A DNA stretch of 63,946 nucleotides, the filler included, from Octopus bimaculoides (taxonomy: Eukaryota): assembly GCF_001194135.2 (NCBI RefSeq). It is 5 parts of 5 records of this genome, joined end to end, with 100 filler letters (N's around TTAATTAATTAA, not from the genome) between each part and the next. Parts side by side here need not be neighbours in the genome. Positions count along the whole stretch, not along the records: positions 1 to 30,317 come from NC_068981.1; 4 more parts are not named here. One strand, written 5' to 3'. Positions 1 to 13,589 of the stretch are shown piece after piece. Under the pieces are notes generated by a model. That model had not been told where the DNA came from. It made no database searches and saw only the letters and a program-made list of their open reading frames with translations. The stretch's first letter is position 1. Every line of letters starts with the position of its first letter. Position numbers and translations under genes: made by a program.

Positions 1-593
1 TATATATATATGCATATAGATACACAAACTCACACACACACACGATTAGTTTTGGAACGTTGGATCTAGAAAACGTCGAAATCTGCCCTTGGGACTCGAA
101 CCAATATCTGTAAAGATTATAAACTTTCAAGTATTGGATGAAGTCAGACCTTCGACTTTATCCAATTTAAGGAGGCACATGTCAACAGCCGGACGATTCG
201 ATCGAATCGTTCGTGTGTCGACATGCCCCCGCTAATGACAATGTAGACTTACATTTAATCAAAATACCCTTATCCTGAAGAGTAGCTTGCGGTATACACC
301 TCGCTTGGATATTTACTACTTCGGAGGTTCGGTTCACTATAAAACATATGTAGCCCGGATCTTATCTATTACATTCCTTAACTCCTGTATTTTATTCGCA
401 TACCTGGCAACCTTGCCTGCCTACCGTGAAATATAAAACATCTTTTCAACTTTCCATACTTCGATACGGAAAAAATCCACAACCTTCCGCCTCAATAAAC
501 CACTATTGTTCCTAAAAGTTGTTTTTTATATTTTCTGCGGGTTGCTTGAAACTAACCTTCTTTCTACACTTCGATCAGTGGATCTTACATATA

Positions 594-1720
594 AACTGAA
601 CGACAAAAGAAACGTCGCACACATACTAAATAGAAACCGGTTTATTAACAAACTGCCATAGCATTGATTGAAGAGTGCTAATTAAGAAGAAGCCGTTCTT
701 TCCTAATGATAAAATGTCATTTCCTGAAACATGTTTGGTGTCATTTAATGACGGAGTGTCCTGGATCCAAAGAGATGAACTCAGTATCTCGTGTGACCAC
801 CGTTAGCTTTGATTATCCCCAAGCATCTTCTGTACACTGAATGTGCCAAACGATTGATAAAGGCCATGGGGATAGCAGCCCACACTCTTGTTAAAACTTG
901 CAGTGAGTTGTGCCACAGTTGTCGGCCTCGGACAGATGTCATTTAGCCTTCTTTGGATTTCGTCCCACAAGTGCTCTATGGGGTTCAAGTCCAGAGTTAG
1001 GGCTGGCTATGGCAGTGTCTAGATGTGGTGCTGTTGCCGGGAGTTTATTGTCCGTCTGGCAGTATGGGCACAGGCGTTGTCGTGTTGGAACACGCGATTC
1101 CAATGACGGGCAAACTATGAGGCCTCAACACTTGGTTGATGTAGCGAGCAGCGGTTACTCCACTGCTCCGGCCTTGGGCGATCGATGTTTTGGAAGACCA
1201 CCAGTCCAAGTTTCTGATTGAGTGCAATCTCGCCCCATACCATGGTGTTCTCTCCTCCCAATGAGTCTCTCCACCACACAACCATCGCATGACGTTCATC
1301 CCTTCTTCTCCAAAGCCTAACTCTGCCACCTGCCACAGAAATGCAATATCGACTTTCGTCAGGGAAGACTACAGTCCTTCCCTGTTGATACTGCCAGTTC
1401 TAACGTTTTTGAGCCCACTGCAAACGTGCCCGTCGATGACGGTCTGTAAGGATGGGACCCCTAGCCGGACGTCGACAAGACAGATTGAAAGATTTCAGCC
1501 GCCGGTGACATGTTTCTGCACAAATGGGTCTGTGGTGAGTCCCTATGGTCAGCCTAGCCAATTCCGTTGCCCTCCGGAATCGGTCCTGCAAGTGCTGTCG
1601 GCGCAGGTGGCGATCTTAACGTGTCGTTGTAACCCTCGGTCGGCCACTGCGTGAATGATCATCCGTGCTGTTTGTGGCATTGTATCGTTTGTGGCATTGT
1701 ATTTTGCCGGTTGGAGAACA
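594..1720 (-). mobile_element. Degenerate Tc1 (DD34E-type) DNA transposon
   Basis: Frameshifted transposase pieces: RRPARGPILTDRHRRARLQWA, MVWGEI, NPIEHLWDEIQRRL. TA followed by a Tc1-like terminus (aactgaacgacaaaagaaacg) at about 594. The other end is interrupted by the foldback element. Confidence 0.88.
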
Positions 1721-1743
1721 TGGTTATTTAAATTTAAATAATA

Positions 1744-2398
1744 AGGGTGAAAATTAAATATTAATTTGATTAATATCAATTTAAAACAAGTGGCCTAGCT
1801 TATTGAAAAATCTGAAGATTCAGAAAAATTATATTACATACATATAAGAGGGATGACCACTAAGTCTGACCACTATGGTCTGACCACTATGGTCTGACCA
1901 CTATGGTCTGACCACTATGGTCTGACCACTAAGAAAAGATTGTTCTCAAGAAAATTCAACAAACACCAGAACGTAAGCGAGCAAGACAAATGAAAAGAAC
2001 CCCAAATGTAATTGGTAGAACTATATACATGTTCAATCTCAAGCGGACGTCTCGTGTATGTTCTGCAAATTATATTGCCAAGACGATCATACTGAAGAGT
2101 TGCGGATAATTACGTAAATGGTAACAACGATACCGGTTTATGATTAATTTTTATATTTTCTATCTTTTCATTTGTCTTGCTCGCTTACGTTCTGGTGTTT
2201 TCTGAATTTTCTTGAAAACAATCTTTTCTTAACGGTCAGACTATAGGTGGTCTACTTCTAGCATAATGGATGTCCACTTAGTAGTCATTCCCCTTATATG
2301 TATGTAATATAATTTTTTTGAATCTTCAAATTTTTCAATATGCTAGGCCACTGGTTTTAAATTGATATTAATCAAATTAATATTCAAGTTTTCACTCT
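1744..2398. mobile_element. Foldback/MITE with long (about 250 bp) terminal inverted repeats
   Basis: About 1744-1998 is the reverse complement of about 2160-2398 (e.g. gattaatatcaatttaaaacaagtggcctagc / gctaggccactggttttaaattgatattaatc). Confidence 0.85.
1864..1933 (+). repeat. Tandem 14-mer (gtctgaccactatg) x5 in the left arm of the foldback element
   Basis: Read directly from the sequence. Confidence 0.92.
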
Positions 2399-2463
2399 TA
2401 CTATTTAAATTTATGTATATATATATATATGTATACACACACACACACACACACATACACACA

Positions 2464-2516
<53 letters not shown>

Positions 2517-2527
2517 GTATATGCATG

Positions 2528-2560
<33 letters not shown>

Positions 2561-3458
2561 GTATATATATATGTATATATATATATGTGTATATATATGT
2601 ATATATATGTGTGTGTATATATATGTGTGTGTATATATATGTATATATATNNNNNNNNNNNNNNNNNNNNNNNNNNNNNNNNNNNNNNNNNNNNNNNNNN
2701 NNNNNNNNNNNNNNNNNNNNNNNNNNNNNNNNNNNNNNNNNNNNNNNNNNNNNNNNNNNNNNNNNNNNNNNNNNNNNNNNNNNNNNNNNNNNNNNNNNNN
2801 NNNNNNNNNNNNNNNNNNNNNNNNNNNNNNNNNNNNNNNNNNNNNNNNNNNNNNNNNNNNNNNNNNNNNNNNNNNNNNNNNNNNNNNNNNNNNNNNNNNN
2901 NNNNNNNNNNNNNNNNNNNNNNNNNNNNNNNNNNNNNNNNNNNNNNNNNNNNNNNNNNNNNNNNNNNNNNNNNNNNNNNNNNNNNNNNNNNNNNNNNNNN
3001 NNNNNNNNNNNNNNNNNNNNNNNNNNNNNNNNNNNNNNNNNNNNNNNNNNNNNNNNNNNNNNNNNNNNNNNNNNNNNNNNNNNNNNNNNNNNNNNNNNNN
3101 NNNNNNNNNNNNNNNNNNNNNNNNNNNNNNNNNNNNNNNNNNNNNNNNNNNNNNNNNNNNNNNNNNNNNNNNNNNNNNNNNNNNNNNNNNNNNNNNNNNN
3201 NNNNNNNNNNNNNNNNNNNNNNNNNNNNNNNNNNNNNNNNNNNNNNNNNNNNNNNNNNNNNNNNNNNNNNNNNNNNNNNNNNNNNNNNNNNNNNNNNNNN
3301 NNNNNNNNNNNNNNNNNNNNNNNNNNNNNNNNNNNNNNNNNNNNNNNNNNNNNNNNNNNNNNNNNNNNNNNNNNNNNNNNNNNNNNNNNNNNNNNNNNNN
3401 NNNCCGCGGAATCCTTTGTGTTTTTGTTTTTATTTTTACGTATTTTACGTTTTCAATT

Positions 3459-3518
<60 letters not shown>

Positions 3519-4030
3519 CGCGCGCATACATATATGTATATATATGTATATATATACATATATGTATATACATATGTATATATATATATATATGTATATA
3601 TATATACATATATATATAGGAAGAGTTCGAGAGAAGAGAGAAACAAAGAAAAATAAATTTTGTAATGTAAGGATGGAATGATTTAACTAGAAGTCTATCC
3701 AAACAGTAATTTGCAAAAAATGAAAAACTACAAAATTCCACAAAAATCTTAGGAATATTTGTCATTTTCTTCTATTAATCCAATTGGTTTCCACTTCAGA
3801 CTATCTGCACTTTACGGAAAATCACTGATCCAAATCATCAAATAAAAGTTATTAGGTTGAATACTTTTATGTCAGTATTTGTGTAATTATCTAATACTCA
3901 ACGTATGCTATGTGGAAATGAATACCGCTCTAAATACAGATTGTTCTGAATACTACAGAAGGTTGAAATACCTGAATATAAGTAAAATATATTTAAACTA
4001 AAATCATTAGGATTAAGTAATCCCACTTAC

Positions 4031-4163
4031 CATAGTAGGGAGTTTTTCTTTTGGATTTCACTGGTTTCTCTTTAAATGATGTCTCGGTTATTGCCGTGAT
4101 ATTTTCATCTGCAATAATTATATTCCCCGGCAGATTTATTTTATCAGAGTCTTCTGCGGCCAT
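4031..4163 (-). CDS. Probable first coding segment of an unidentified gene (MAAEDSDKINLPGNIIIADENITAITETSFKEKPVKSKRKTPYY+G)
   Basis: aaaATGG start context. Long polypyrimidine acceptor (ttcgtttttccttttcag|) opens the exon at 4206, with an in-frame stop upstream of the ATG. Perfect donor ATG|gtaagt at 4030. Protein family not recognised. Confidence 0.55.
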
Positions 4164-6229
4164 TTTTCTAAGAGATTTACCTTACAAATTTGTAAAGGAA
4201 TTTTTCCTGAAAAGGAAAAACGAAAAAAGTCATAAAATAATCTATTTTTGTAACAATTTTTTTAAAATTCTGCAAGCTTATACTAGCTATCAGTAGGGAA
4301 ACTAACAACTGATAGTATACTAGTTTGAAAATATATAACGTGTATAATGGTCGTGATTTTATATAATAATCATCCAATGTTTGGATCTCGTCACACACCA
4401 AACGCTACAACTAACGAATATATGTCACAACTAATCATGGTATACCACTACCAATGACTATGTTACATAATGACAGTATGCCCTAATTTTCTTTATTCAA
4501 ACCAGTTTTTGTCAATGCTATTCTCAGTAGATTTCTAATAATTGATAGAAACCCTTCTACATTGAAACTTTATCTTCGCAGATTTCTTGAGGTATTTCCA
4601 GACAACTAAATAATATCTGGATATGTCTTTATACCCAATAAGTCATAGCTTAACTGACAATAAGGACCACATTTACTCATTCTATACATTAAATAGGTAT
4701 TGATTTATGCGATCCTGAAAAACCAAATAAACCAAATAAACTAGATATGAGAGGTTAAATTTTGTTTTATTCCATTTCATGGGTTGGTGAGAAACAAATT
4801 ATTTTCAAGTATTGCATCCATGTAGCTTATTTCTCCGAAATCACTATAAAAAAGAGTTGAATTCAGATCAACACATAATGACATTATCTGTCATGTGTGT
4901 AGTGTTCCTACAGTTTAACACGGTGAACTGTAATTATCTCATGATGTCTATAAGGTAGCCTACCAACTTGCCAAATTACAACTTCCATTTTGTAAGAGAA
5001 TGAATATGAAAAGTTTTGAATGTTCTTTCAGCTTTAGGCTTCCAGTAAAAACAATTAATAGAATAATTAAGATATTATTAAAAATATTTGATAAGGTTAC
5101 AATCATGTAATTTAAGAGTTTTATTAGAAGATTTTGGATTAAGTGGTCTCAGTAACAGATTTGTATTTAGTAATTGCTTTATAAAATTGCTATGCATGCA
5201 AAATATTGCTTAAATAATCATCTCTTCTACACAACCACAAATTAAAAATTCTGATTATACTAATCTCCCTGTCCCAGAAAGCAGTCCATTAAAAACGAAG
5301 GAAAATTGTAGCTACTGAGGAAATAGAAATAATTTACGATTATTGCTCGCATTGACTAGTTAAATAATCGTTTTGGTAGTATTAGTAGCAAGGTGGTACA
5401 GTAGTGAAGGGCATGGCTGGGATGCTGGTGCTAACGATGGGATCCTTTATGAAGTTGAAATAATATAGAGGGCGTTGGTTATGATTTAGTTCATTATTCT
5501 GTTCCAAATATTAGTTCTCATTAAAATATTGACACAATCACAACGGCAGATCCTCTGTCAACATCATCACTACCACAATCACAAAAACAGTAACAAGAGT
5601 ACTTCATATGGCGTCTGTTATTACCAGTAATGTTATAAAGAGAACTAAATACGATGTCGTTACGAACCTCCCCTTTCTTCTACGTAGATTGATACCATGG
5701 AAAATTACAGTTCTCCCATCTATACACCAGATATATTACAAATGGCGAGCGTACCTATATTTGCATTAATCAGCTCATATTTCATGAACAAAGCTCATAC
5801 AGAATAGAAGGATTTTTGACACTGAAATACCTGCGTCAGATCCTAGATATCAAAGTTTTGTCTGATTCATGCAACAATATCTCAATCAACTACAAACATA
5901 GAAGTAACAAAACTTTGGCACATTTACAATTGCTATTCATTTCCCTTTCTCTTATGGGATGACATTAAAGCACACACCTGTCTGTTTTCAATATTATACT
6001 CAGTAAAAATTCTAGTGGACATGTTTTTTGAAGCTAGAAATAAACATCTTTAAGTATGTAGTCGAAAAAATACCCTTATTAAGAAAAAAGTGCTCCAATC
6101 TTAAAATTCATAATTATATATATTGAATAATTATGTAATATGCATAATTATGTATTCTGAAATAGGTATACTGAATATGCCACTTATGTATTAATGATAT
6201 ACAAGTAGCTGTGTGAAATTATAGCAGAA

Positions 6230-6755
6230 TTCGATGCAGTCCAACGAAGCTAGTCTCAATACAGTAAATTACCAATTGGAAAAGACTCAAGAAGTTAAGA
6301 CTTTACTCCTGGAACAAAGGCAGGAAAAATATGTTGTAATATACATCTGGACGATTCTGGAAGGAGGACTTGTCCCATACCGTGGCGTTGAAAGTTATAC
6401 AAATACCAGAACAGAACGCCATTTTATAGTGTCTAAAATCTTTTTCCTGCGTCAAAATACAGGACCAAGTACTGTAAGAACATAGGATTCAAGGGCCCAC
6501 AACTCTTCAATATCCTCCCGAAAGAGCTGAGCGACCATCATGGTGTGGATGTAGATGTCAAAACTAAACTGAATCTTCTACTGTCAAGAATCCTAGAGGA
6601 GCCAACTTCACGGCAGGAAGCGGGAATGACGGTAGCAGTCATATTCCTTTATTTACCAAATTCCAGCTACTAAAGGAGGATTAATGAATCTGTTGCCACA
6701 TTAATTGCCGGTGCTCCAGCTTGGCTACAACCCTTGAGCTGAAACTAGAAAAAAA
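6230..6755 (+). mobile_element. 3' fragment of a CR1/L2-like non-LTR retrotransposon (end of ORF2 plus 3' tail)
   Basis: Peptides LEQRQEKYVVIYIWTILEGGLVP and GPQLFNILPKEL...KTKLNLLLSRILEEP resemble the C-terminus that follows the RT domain of CR1/L2-type LINEs. Frameshifted. Confidence 0.75.
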
Positions 6756-7036
6756 TGCTGACTGATTCGGTTGAATGCCTGCTTACCTGCCTTGGCATTG
6801 AACCAAACAGGTCCGGATTAAGACCAATTAATGCCTTAAGCACAGACCAATAATAGTGCACCTCAACGCTTCCATTCTCTGACAAGACATTAAGAAATCA
6901 TAAATACTAAATGTTAACTAATAAATTAAAAATTTAGTTTTCATCCCGATAATCCAACAGGGCAGATTCAACTAAATTGAATATAAACCACTGGAGAGAA
7001 AAATAATAAGTGTGCGAGGCATTAAATAATTAATAG

Positions 7037-7223
7037 AAAATCTGACACTGAAGAACGTACGGAATAACAGGAAAACAGTCGCGTAATAGATGCGGACAAG
7101 CTCAAATCCTTCGTCAAAATTTTGGTGATACTTGGTGGATAACTGGCGAGGGGTTTGAGCTTGTCCGCGTCTATCATGTGTGTTTTCCTGTTATTCTGTA
7201 CGCCCCACTGTGCCAGATGTTTT
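7037..7223. mobile_element. Palindromic MITE-like hairpin element
   Basis: gtacggaataacaggaaaaca...atagatgcggacaagctcaaatcc pairs with gggtttgagcttgtccgcgtctat...tgttttcctgttattctgtac. Confidence 0.75.
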
Positions 7224-8131
7224 GAAAATTATGTATTAAATATAACCTGCTTTGTTTCTAAAATTTTATTTATTTATCACTAAATAGCAGTATAAGCATT
7301 ATCAGCAAATTGTAAGCTTAAAATTTGGACAATAGGAAAAATAATGCAAATTTTAAGCACTTTTTTGTTCATAAAATTGTATCAATTGCATATTAGTAGA
7401 TTCGACATTGGAAAAAAAGAACTCTGACAGTTCCTAGGTACATGCTTACTGTGTCTAATAGTTAATCTAACCCTGCTGCTCATGTCAGAAAAAATCCCCG
7501 TAACAGTCAAATTTTCCAGTCTATATAACTGCAAAAAAGAAGCCGACAAAATTATTAGAAGCCATATGAGCATCGAATAATTGATAACAGAAATGCTGAG
7601 TTCAGTTCTTCCCATTAGTGTCCACTTGTGATTCTGATAAATACATTGATGCTTCTTACAACCACCAATGAGACTTCACATGTAAAACGTGTTCTAGCAT
7701 GTCGAAGAAACTAGTTGGCTCTATTGTTTCAATTAAAAATAGAGCTATTTACGTCTCTAATGGCCACATGAAAATCATTCACTCATTTCGGGTAAAGAAA
7801 AATATATTGTGTGGATTAAGTAGTTAATTGTGGATTAAGTAGTTAATTATGAAGTAATGTCTGGGATCAGACCACATCATTCCTGCTAACAGAATCACGT
7901 ATCAATCATTCATCGATTTTTACTAAATGCAGAATATTGAGTTATGCAAGTTCAGATCTTGCATCAAGTCATAATTCTATATGTCTGTAAAGTTATATTT
8001 TAGAAGTAGCAGCGTTACCTTGGTTAAAAAAAAAGAGCGAAATTTTATTCTTAATTTGATGTATTTTTTCAATACTTATTGTGATTAGTGATTCTAACAT
8101 TACTGGCCTAACAACAAATTCTGTGAGATCA

Positions 8132-8171
<40 letters not shown>

Positions 8172-8409
8172 CGTGCACACGCGCGTCTTTGTGTCTATGT
8201 TTGCTCCTTCACCAGAGCTTGACAACTGCTGTTGATGTGTTTATACCCCCGTAACTTAGCGTTTCGGCAAAATAAATCGATATAAGTACCAGGTTTAAAA
8301 AAGAAATAAGTACTGGGGTCGATTCATTCGACTAAATGATTTTTGAAGGCGGTGGCCCAGCATGGCTGCAGTCTAATGAATGAAACAAGTAAAAGATAAA
8401 AAAATAAAA

Positions 8410-8907
8410 GGTATGGAATGGAGTAAGTACTCATTTTCAACTCTACCTCTGAAAATGGAGAAGCCCAAATTTTTCGTTTTTTCCAAAATGTAAATTATTG
8501 GACCACATTTGTCCTACGTCTCCAAGTCTCAGGAACTTGACCATAAACCCTTTTTCACATAATCATTAAACTTATGGAAGAATTCACGTTTTCCCGTAAT
8601 GTTTTTAATTTTATTCATGAGGCCAAAACGGTACTCCACCACTGTCCAAAGACAGGACCCAAGTTCCTTTTCAGATAATCATTAGACTTATGGAGGAATT
8701 CAGGTTTCACGAATTTTTCAATTTTATTCATGGACACAAAAATATGCCCCCCCCCCTCCCAAGGTCCATGAATAAAACCTAAGTTTGTGAAAATCTAATC
8801 CTGAGTCTAAGGAACTCACATACCAACTTTGAAAATAATTAATCAACTGCTTTTCAAGTACATAAGAGACAAACAGACAAACAAATAGCCAATTTTATAT
8901 ATATAGA
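8410..8907 (-). mobile_element. Non-autonomous Helitron/HINE-like element, 5' part
   Basis: Minus strand begins TCTATATATATAAAATTGGCTATTTGTTTGTCTG, the typical TC start plus microsatellite head. No 3' CTAG end seen. Confidence 0.5.
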
Positions 8908-10809
8908 AATGGTTGCTTTAAGGCTAGTGGTAATTCAAAATCAGTTACGCTACGAACACAGCATTTTATAAATCATGTATCAAATCATAGTTATTGATAA
9001 TAATCTTTATAAAGACAAACATGATTTTGAAATGATTCTATATAAAAATTCTTAAAAATTGTAAATACTAGATCAAAACCATAAATATGCATTTTGATCT
9101 AAGGATTAAAAATCGTACGACAGTTAGTTGGAGGATTTTTATAACTACCATATGATACATTTATAAATACTCCATGGCTATTGGCAAATAGATGTCAACA
9201 GCAGGAAACATTTCCGTACCTAAATTTAAGTCATTGTATAATTCGTCAATATATTTTTACACGAGTTTCAGTTAATGTTACTGCTTAGTCCTAAGTCGAC
9301 TCTGATCAAATGCATTGAAGTCATGGTTATGTTTTCTGGAAATATTCTACCTGAGCTTGCTCTTCTTTTGAGCTGTTATGGCTAATGTAGATAACATCTT
9401 TTCTAAACCTTGCTAAACTATTTCATTTCTTGGTCTTATAATATATAGCAGTGATTGTACAGGAAGAACTAGGTGTGCCAGTACTTTCGGAACGAAGATT
9501 TAATCCAGAACATTTCACAACGACGACGAAAATGTGATCCTCTGAAACATGTCTACAATTTTCAATTATGAATCGGTGTTTTGTCAATATGCTGAGTAAA
9601 ACTTTAAATAATTATAAATCGCCATATTTCGAAGATGATTGATTCATGAAACTATGTTTAGTAAGGTAGGATTATATTTTGCCTTTACTTGAAACTTCCA
9701 AATTTCAATATAAAGAATATAAGTGGTTTTAAAAGCAAAAAAAAAAAAAAAGCAGTGACATACTTTTAGTGCGTGAGAAAATTTTGGATATTTCCTGTGA
9801 AAATAGTAGCATAATACATTTTGTGTTGAGATTGATGTAACAAAAAAAAAAAAAAAAAAAAAATGACCGTATACAATCTGGATGACAATGTTGAAGAAAA
9901 GAAAGTAGAATTAAGGCTGATGCCGCTGTCAACGATTTCGTCAACGACGACTATATTGATGCATATGACGATGATGACGACGACTACGACGACAAGAAAG
10001 TATATTAAATATTAACATCGGTATTATACTGTCCTCTTATCTCTGTCACAATCAATAACACGAAGTTGAGAAATGGAGTCATTTTAGTATTTTACGGCTT
10101 TGCTATGTAAATATTTGTCAAAAAGTATTTGAAGGAGGGTAATATTAACTTTTGAAGCTTATGGAGTTGCATGACAAGTAATAAATATCTTGTTTTAAAA
10201 GGATTATTTTCTAGTTCAGTAACTTTTCCGAACTTATAGCTTTTTACTCAGACGGTGATTTGATTATTATAAAGCAAAAGTAACATTTAAAATCCGCACT
10301 GTTTATCACAGAGCGAATGAGATCTTTTGTTACATTCATAGCAACACCTCGATCAAATTTTAATTATCAATCAGCAACAGGCTGTAGGATTATGTGCTTC
10401 ATATACACTCATTTGATTAGTATAGTCAAAGGATTTGACTCTGGTATATTCATAGTACTTATTTTATTAAGCTCAAAATAATGAAAGGAAAATATGATAT
10501 CAGTGGAAATCGATTTTAAAACTCTTATTAGCAGAATCACATATCCAAACTCATATAATTCTAATTTTCAATGTAACAGGCGTCAACGATCGCCATCTAC
10601 CGACTGGAGTCAGTTGCTTTAATAAAACTGGTTTGCATGATTAAACAACGATCTTTTCTTTCCTTTGGCTAACAACAGTGCCTTAAGTTATCAGCGTCGC
10701 GTTTCTATTCTCTTCTAATTTTTTTACACTCGATGTGCCTCCATTTGGTGATAATATTGATTACCAGTGTTCCTTTATAGTCTTCCTTGTAGAAATACAC
10801 ACACACGCA

Positions 10810-10994
10810 TGTATGTATGTATGTATGTATGTATGTATGTATGTGTGTGTGTATGTATGTATGTATGTATGTATGTATGTGTGTATGTATGTTTGTGTGA
10901 ATGCGTGTGCGTGTTTGTGTGCGTGTATGTATGTATGTATGTAATGTATGTGTGTGTGCATGTATGTATGTCTCTAATTCTGTCAGTCAGTCAG

Positions 10995-11080
<86 letters not shown>

Positions 11081-11090
11081 CACCCATCTA
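10810..11090. repeat. Compound (TATG)n/(TCTA)n microsatellite, one example of dozens of TA, CA, TACA and GATA tracts
   Basis: Read directly. These tracts account for most entries in the ORF track. Confidence 0.95.
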
Positions 11091-11852
11091 TCTATGAAAT
11101 GAAGCAGATGATTTTTCTTTCTCATTTTATAATTTTGACTCCAAATGCAACTAAAGTGATAATTGAGAAAGGAATAAAATGTGAATAAAATAAAAATTAA
11201 TTTTCAACTAAAATGACTCCAAAATTGAAAATGAAACAAGCTGTATATAGTTTTAAAATCTGCGTGTATCTGTATTCCTTTGTTTATAATTGTAGGTATA
11301 TGATTTATGTGTACATACATGGATTTCAGAAGAGTATATTTTATTTATATAAAATCAACATCAGATATCGAAGAGGTGTTACGTAACAAAGTGGTTTTGC
11401 TTTTTGTTATACATATAGTTGTATGTAAAACGCTGTGAATATACCGTATAATGCTTGTTGCCTAAACGTTGAAACAATAAGGATTTATAAAAAAAAACCT
11501 TCAGAAAGATCGTATATGAATATATATGCATGTACCTTGTGTATGTGGGTTAAAGTTTCTGTTTACGTTAGAATCTCTTTCTATTAATTTGGTCTAAACA
11601 CTACACAGGCGGATTTACTGTAAACTTTTCTATATTTTACTGCTTGGACCAACTCCGCATTTTTATGGCTTCCGAATGTCAGTAACCTACGTACCAATGT
11701 GACTCATTGCAGTTGACTTCAGATGTTTTTCAACCCAGTAATCATTAGATCGATTTATAGTGAAAGCTAAAGGTGCGCGTCAAATGGAAAAAAATAGAAA
11801 GGATTACTTTTGTTTAGTTAAATTTTACCGATTAATCAAAAAGCATTGTAGC

Positions 11853-11901
<49 letters not shown>

Positions 11902-11933
11902 AAAATACATGAGATATCAGGCGCACACACACA

Positions 11934-11975
<42 letters not shown>

Positions 11976-12494
11976 CACACACATACACAACACACATATG
12001 TATATGTATATACATGTATATATACACTCATACATATATATAAATAGATACAGAGATATATACATGCATACATACATAATATATATATGCATGCATACAT
12101 ACGTAATATATATATGCATGCATGCATACATACATGCATGCATTCATTCATACATACATACATACATACATACATGCATACATACATCCATACATACATA
12201 CATACATAAATACATACATACATACATACATACATACATACATACATGGATATATTTTACCTTACATTGCCTTTTAATTCATCTCATCGTCATTTCCTAT
12301 AATTAATCCGAACTCGGTATTCTGCAGTTCTGATATGTTAATACTGTGTAACCATAGTAACGCTAGGTTAACATGCGCAGTGACAAAACTTTATATGTTT
12401 GGTGGTAATCGATTGTTTTATATGTGTTTGTTTATATGTATGTTTATACGCATGTATGTCAATGTATATCTATATAAATGTATATTTATATATA

Positions 12495-12564
<70 letters not shown>

Positions 12565-12604
12565 CAGACACACACCTATATATAAATACATTTGAATATA
12601 TATA

Positions 12605-12751
12605 GTCGCAGGTGTGGCTGCGTGGGGGAAAAGCTTGCTTCTCAACCACATGGTTCCGGGTTCAGTTCCACTGTGTGGCACCTTGGGCAAGTATCTTCAA
12701 CTATAGCATTGTGAGTGGATTTGGTAGATGGAAACCGAAAGAAGCCTGTCG
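12605..12751 (+). mobile_element. tRNA-derived SINE, family A (further copies at 24787-24950 -, 24964-25103 +, 30456-30618 -, 37151-37283 +)
   Basis: Pol III A/B-box-like head (tggctgcgtgg ... ggttcagttcc) and shared body ggcaccttgggcaagt...gtgagtggatttggtag, repeated across the window. Confidence 0.85.
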
Positions 12752-13589
12752 TAAATGTATATATATATAGAATAAGGAGTTCGGATAATTTGTAAAACAG
12801 TCAAAGATTTTCTTAAGTCGAAATATGCACTAGCATTGTAATGCAAAAATAACTATACCATGTAAAGTCAAATTCAAATGCGACAGTCAAAATTTTCCGA
12901 AAGTCAAAACATTTTACCCATACGGTATTTTATCGGTTGACATTTTAAACCTCGCGGCGTGCCTGTAGGAATTTATGAGCTCGTTTCTCTGGTTCAAAGC
13001 ATGTTTATCCTGGAACAGGAGGAAGAACTTTTCTGAGAGGCGAAGTTTTTGCAACAAGAATAGCTAACCTTCAGTATTCTCCTATTAAATATTCTACAGA
13101 ACTTATGGTTAGATTAAAAATGTTTAGAAACTAATTTAAATAATTTCCTATCTATATTAGTTTTTACGGCAATATTAAATGCGGGGTTAAACCACAAAAC
13201 TTTCCTAGTCCTAGTTCTAGGTGGTCAATTATTGTTGGAATTAACTTGACTGTACAGGATCTTCTCCGAGAATCCATTTTTCCTATATAATGTAGTGTAT
13301 ATATCTATAAGTGTATGCCTTTGTGTCTGTTTTTGTCCCCATCACAGCTTTATAACCGTTGTTGGTGTGGTTACGTGCCCATAACTTAGTGGTTCGGCGA
13401 AAGAGACCCATAGAATAAGCACTAGGCTTTAAAAAAGTCCTGGGATCTATTTGTTCGACTAAAACCCTTCAAGGCGGTGCTCCAGAATGGCCGCAGTTAA
13501 ATGACAAACAAAAGTGAAAGAATATATCTGTATGTATATATACTTATATATTTATGTATATAATATGTGTGAGTGCGTGTATATATATA

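Noticed and set aside
1864-1933. Possible CRISPR-like array
   Set aside because: Contiguous 14-mer tandem repeat without spacers, in a eukaryotic transposon.
12775-13275. MITE with degenerate TIRs
   Set aside because: Terminal similarity is too weak and no TSD could be confirmed.
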